From: an uncultured delta proteobacterium
GTDB taxonomy: Bacteria; Desulfobacterota; Binatia; Binatales; Binataceae
Assembly: GCA_963794325.1 (NCBI GenBank)
Contig: CAWCDG010000004.1
Coordinates: 288,001-352,000, forward strand
Length of the DNA: 64,000 bases
Direction of reading: 5' to 3'
The notes below the pieces were generated by a model, which saw only the letters and a list, made by a program, of their open reading frames with translations, was not told the DNA's origin and did not search any database. Both the position numbers and the translations under genes were made by a program. Positions 61,253 to 64,000 of the stretch are shown here, one piece after another (the stretch's first letter is position 1; every line of letters begins with the position of its first letter).

Positions 61253-63827
61253 TTCCCGCCGGCCTGCCGCACGATTTGACGTTTGCGCATAGCGACGTGC
61301 TCTACCTGCTTGCAGTGCCGGCGATCGTCCTGCTCTGGGCGCTTATCAACGCGCGCGAGCTTCGCCGGGTGTTTGCCCCACTGATGCGCGCAGATAGTGC
61401 TCGCGCTGTTCGTGGTTGCGCTCGCGAATCCGCAACAGGTGATGCATTCCGAAGGCGCGGCTCGCCCCGCTATCGTGGACGCTAGCGCGAGTATCACGCC
61501 GGCGATGCGCGCGTGGACGCTCAAGCTGCTGCGCGACGATCTAGGTCTGCGCGCGGGAGATCCCGCATACATGTTCGCGACCAATGCGACGCCGCAATCG
61601 ATCGGCGCCGTCGAATCCGCATTCGCCAACGGAACCGGATGCGCCGAATGCGGGGCGAGCGCGACCAATCTCGCGAGCGCGCTCTATCGTATCGCCGCCG
61701 ATCCCGACGCGCACGGCGGTCCGGCCGTGATGGTGACCGACGGATGGCAAAATCGCGGCGACGCGGACCGCGCGATTAGCGCGATCATAAACGCCGAGAT
61801 TCGCCTCGACATCTTCACGCCGCCGGGCGCGCGCTCGATTCCCAACGTCGCGATGACGGCGCTGTCGCTTCCGCCCGCACTCGAGAAAGCCGCGCCATTC
61901 GAGCTCGGCGTCACGATGGAAAATCTCAACGACGCGCCGGTGACCGGTACGATCACAATCGCGCGCGACGGCGCGGTGATCGATCAGCGCAAAGTGACAC
62001 TGCCGCGCGGCTCCCAGCGCTTCGACTTCCCGGTCCACACCGAAGCCAGTGGCCTGGCTTCGTACTCCGCGACCTACAAGCCCGACAATCCAGCGTACGA
62101 CGCGTACCCCGAAGACGACTCGCTCAAGGGATGGGTTGGAGTGGGAACGCGCCGCAAAGTTCTGATTCTCACCAACAGCGCGAAGGACGCGAACTATCTC
62201 GGCACCGTCGTCGATCGGATGGGCTTCGATCCCACTGTCGTCCCCGTGACGAGCGGTGCGTGGAACGGGACCGTCGCAGGCTACGACGCGGTGCTGATCA
62301 ACAACGTGCCAAGCGAACGGATCGCACCGGCTGCGCAGGAACGCGATGGTGTCGTACGTCAGCCGCGGCGGCTCGCTCGCGATGGTCGGCGGCGATTCGA
62401 GTTTCGGTCTTGGCGGCTACGCGGACAGTCCGCTCGCGACTGTGATGCCGGTGATGATGAAGCCGCCGCAGCACAAGGAAAAGAAACGCGCGCTGGTTTT
62501 GATCATCGACAAGTCCGGCTCGATGGGCCGTAACAACAAACTCACCTACGCCAAGGCCGCGGCCGAGACCGTCACCAAAACTCTCAAGGACAACGACCTG
62601 ATCGGCGTCATCGGATTCGACTCGCAACCGTTCGTCGTAATCCCGCTGCAATCTGTCGGGCAGAGCCGCCCGTATTTCGACCAGATGATCAATCGTCTTT
62701 CCGCGCACGGCCAGACGTTCCTGATTCCCGCGCTGCGCGAGGCCGAGCGCACGCTGGGCAGCAGCAGCGCGCAGGCCAAGCACGTCGTGATTCTCACCGA
62801 CGGCGAGACCGGCGGCACCGCGGAGATGTACTACGACCTCGTCTCGCGGATGCATCATGACGGCGACACGACTATCTCGACGATCGCGGTCGGCCAGGAG
62901 GCCAACGTCGATCTGCTGCAGGCAATCGCGAAGTACGGTGGCGGTTCGTACTATCAGACCGACAGCCCGAGCAATCTGCCGCAGCTATTCGTCGAGGACT
63001 TCAAGTCGCATGGCGGCGAGATCACGATGGTCGAGAAGGAATTCACGCCGCATACCGAAAGGCCCGATGCAGTCCTGAAAGATCTCGCATCGCGCCAGAT
63101 GCCGCCATTGAAGGGTTACGTCTCAACCGAGATAAAACCGAACGCCACGATGGACATGTACGTCGATCGCGCCGACACCCGCGAACCCGTCATCGCGACC
63201 TGGAAATACGGCGCGGGCAAGGTGATGGCGGTGACAACCGACGCCAGCGGCCGATGGTCGGGAACCTGGATCACCTCGAACGTCTTTGCGCCGTTGTGGG
63301 ATCGCCTGCTCGCGTGGATGACACCTGAGATGCCCTCCGAGCCGAAGATCGACGTCGCGCTCGGCTACAACGCGGGGCGCATCAATATCAAGCTTACCGA
63401 CTACAGCGCCGAGCCCGGCAACGCCGCGCGCCTGGTGACCGTGATCGTGACGCGGCCCGATGGAACTCGCACGGAAACTGCGCTGACCGAGGAAGTGGTC
63501 GGCGAACTGTCGGGATCGATCGACGCGCCCGCGCCCGGCAATTACTACTTCGAAGTGCGATCGCCGGCCGGCAAAGACAAAAAGTTCCCGCCGCTCGCGT
63601 TCACCGTCAGCCCGAGTGTCAACGCCGAATTGCCGCGCCCCGAACCCAACTACGGCCTCCTCGAAAAACTCGCATCGGCGACCGGCGGGCGTCTGAATCC
63701 GTCGCCGGCGGAAGTATCGACCGAGCGCGCCACGCTGGAGCGTCGCGTCTCGATGAATCCGTACCTGCTCGTCGCCGCGATGATCTTGCTGATCGGAGAA
63801 GCGCTCGTGCGCCGTCTGACCGCATGA
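61249..63827 (+). CDS. vWA / glutamine-amidotransferase-like / vWA membrane protein; frameshifts near 61393 and 62340
   Basis: Three consecutive ORF pieces join in frame when single bases are removed; DASAS..TDG, GG.L.MVGG..SFG.GGY, DKSGSM..LTDG and C-terminal TM. Confidence 0.8.
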
Positions 63828-64000
63828 AGAAACACCAATCGGTTCACGCGAACCATCGCGTGCAGCGCGACTATCCCGCCAAGGTGAAATTTTGTCCGCT
63901 GTGCGGCGCTGCGGTGGAGTCGCGCGTGCTGATGCCCGAAAACGCCGAGCGCAAAGTCTGCACGCGATGCGGATTCGTGCTGTTCCCGGGACCGAAGCTG
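63824..64000 (+). CDS. NUDIX hydrolase, N-terminal zinc ribbon (partial)
   Basis: MKKHQ...KFCPLCG...RKVCTRCGFVLFPGPKL; the ORF runs off the window. Confidence 0.75.
   Translation, partial: MKKHQSVHANHRVQRDYPAKVKFCPLCGAAVESRVLMPENAERKVCTRCGFVLFPGPKL

Overview
High-GC bacterial chromosomal window with about 55 genes, mostly housekeeping and metabolic: glnA, pgpA-cinA, engB, murI, secA, argJ, ruvX, mltG, a pepN-type aminopeptidase, three LLM-class oxidoreductases, WS/DGAT and a MoxR-DUF58-vWA cluster. The gene repertoire (LLM and amidohydrolase enzymes, a Pro/Thr-linker surface protein) suggests Candidatus Binatia/Binataceae; this is inference only. I saw no rRNA, tRNA, CRISPR array, integrase or transposase. 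The strongest candidate for a new system is a minus-strand operon at 20906-25583: 2TM-domain histidine kinase, NtrC-family sigma54 activator, ICMT/PEMT-family membrane methyltransferase, PspA/IM30 and a lipoprotein. It is preceded by a canonically spaced sigma54 promoter and tandem palindromic activator-site candidates, which suggests a self-activating two-component Psp-type membrane-stress system with no PspF/B/C in the operon. Other notable items: a nitrosocyanin-like cupredoxin with an apparent His/Cys/His/His ligand set, a GT2 + unknown protein + spore-photoproduct-lyase-like radical SAM triad, a PyrF paralog lacking its phosphate-gripping residues, sigma54 motifs before glnA and WS/DGAT, a leaderless higBA module and several REP-like repeat families. 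Six single-base frameshifts in four genes look like sequencing or assembly indels. All family calls come from motif recognition by eye; no database search was run.
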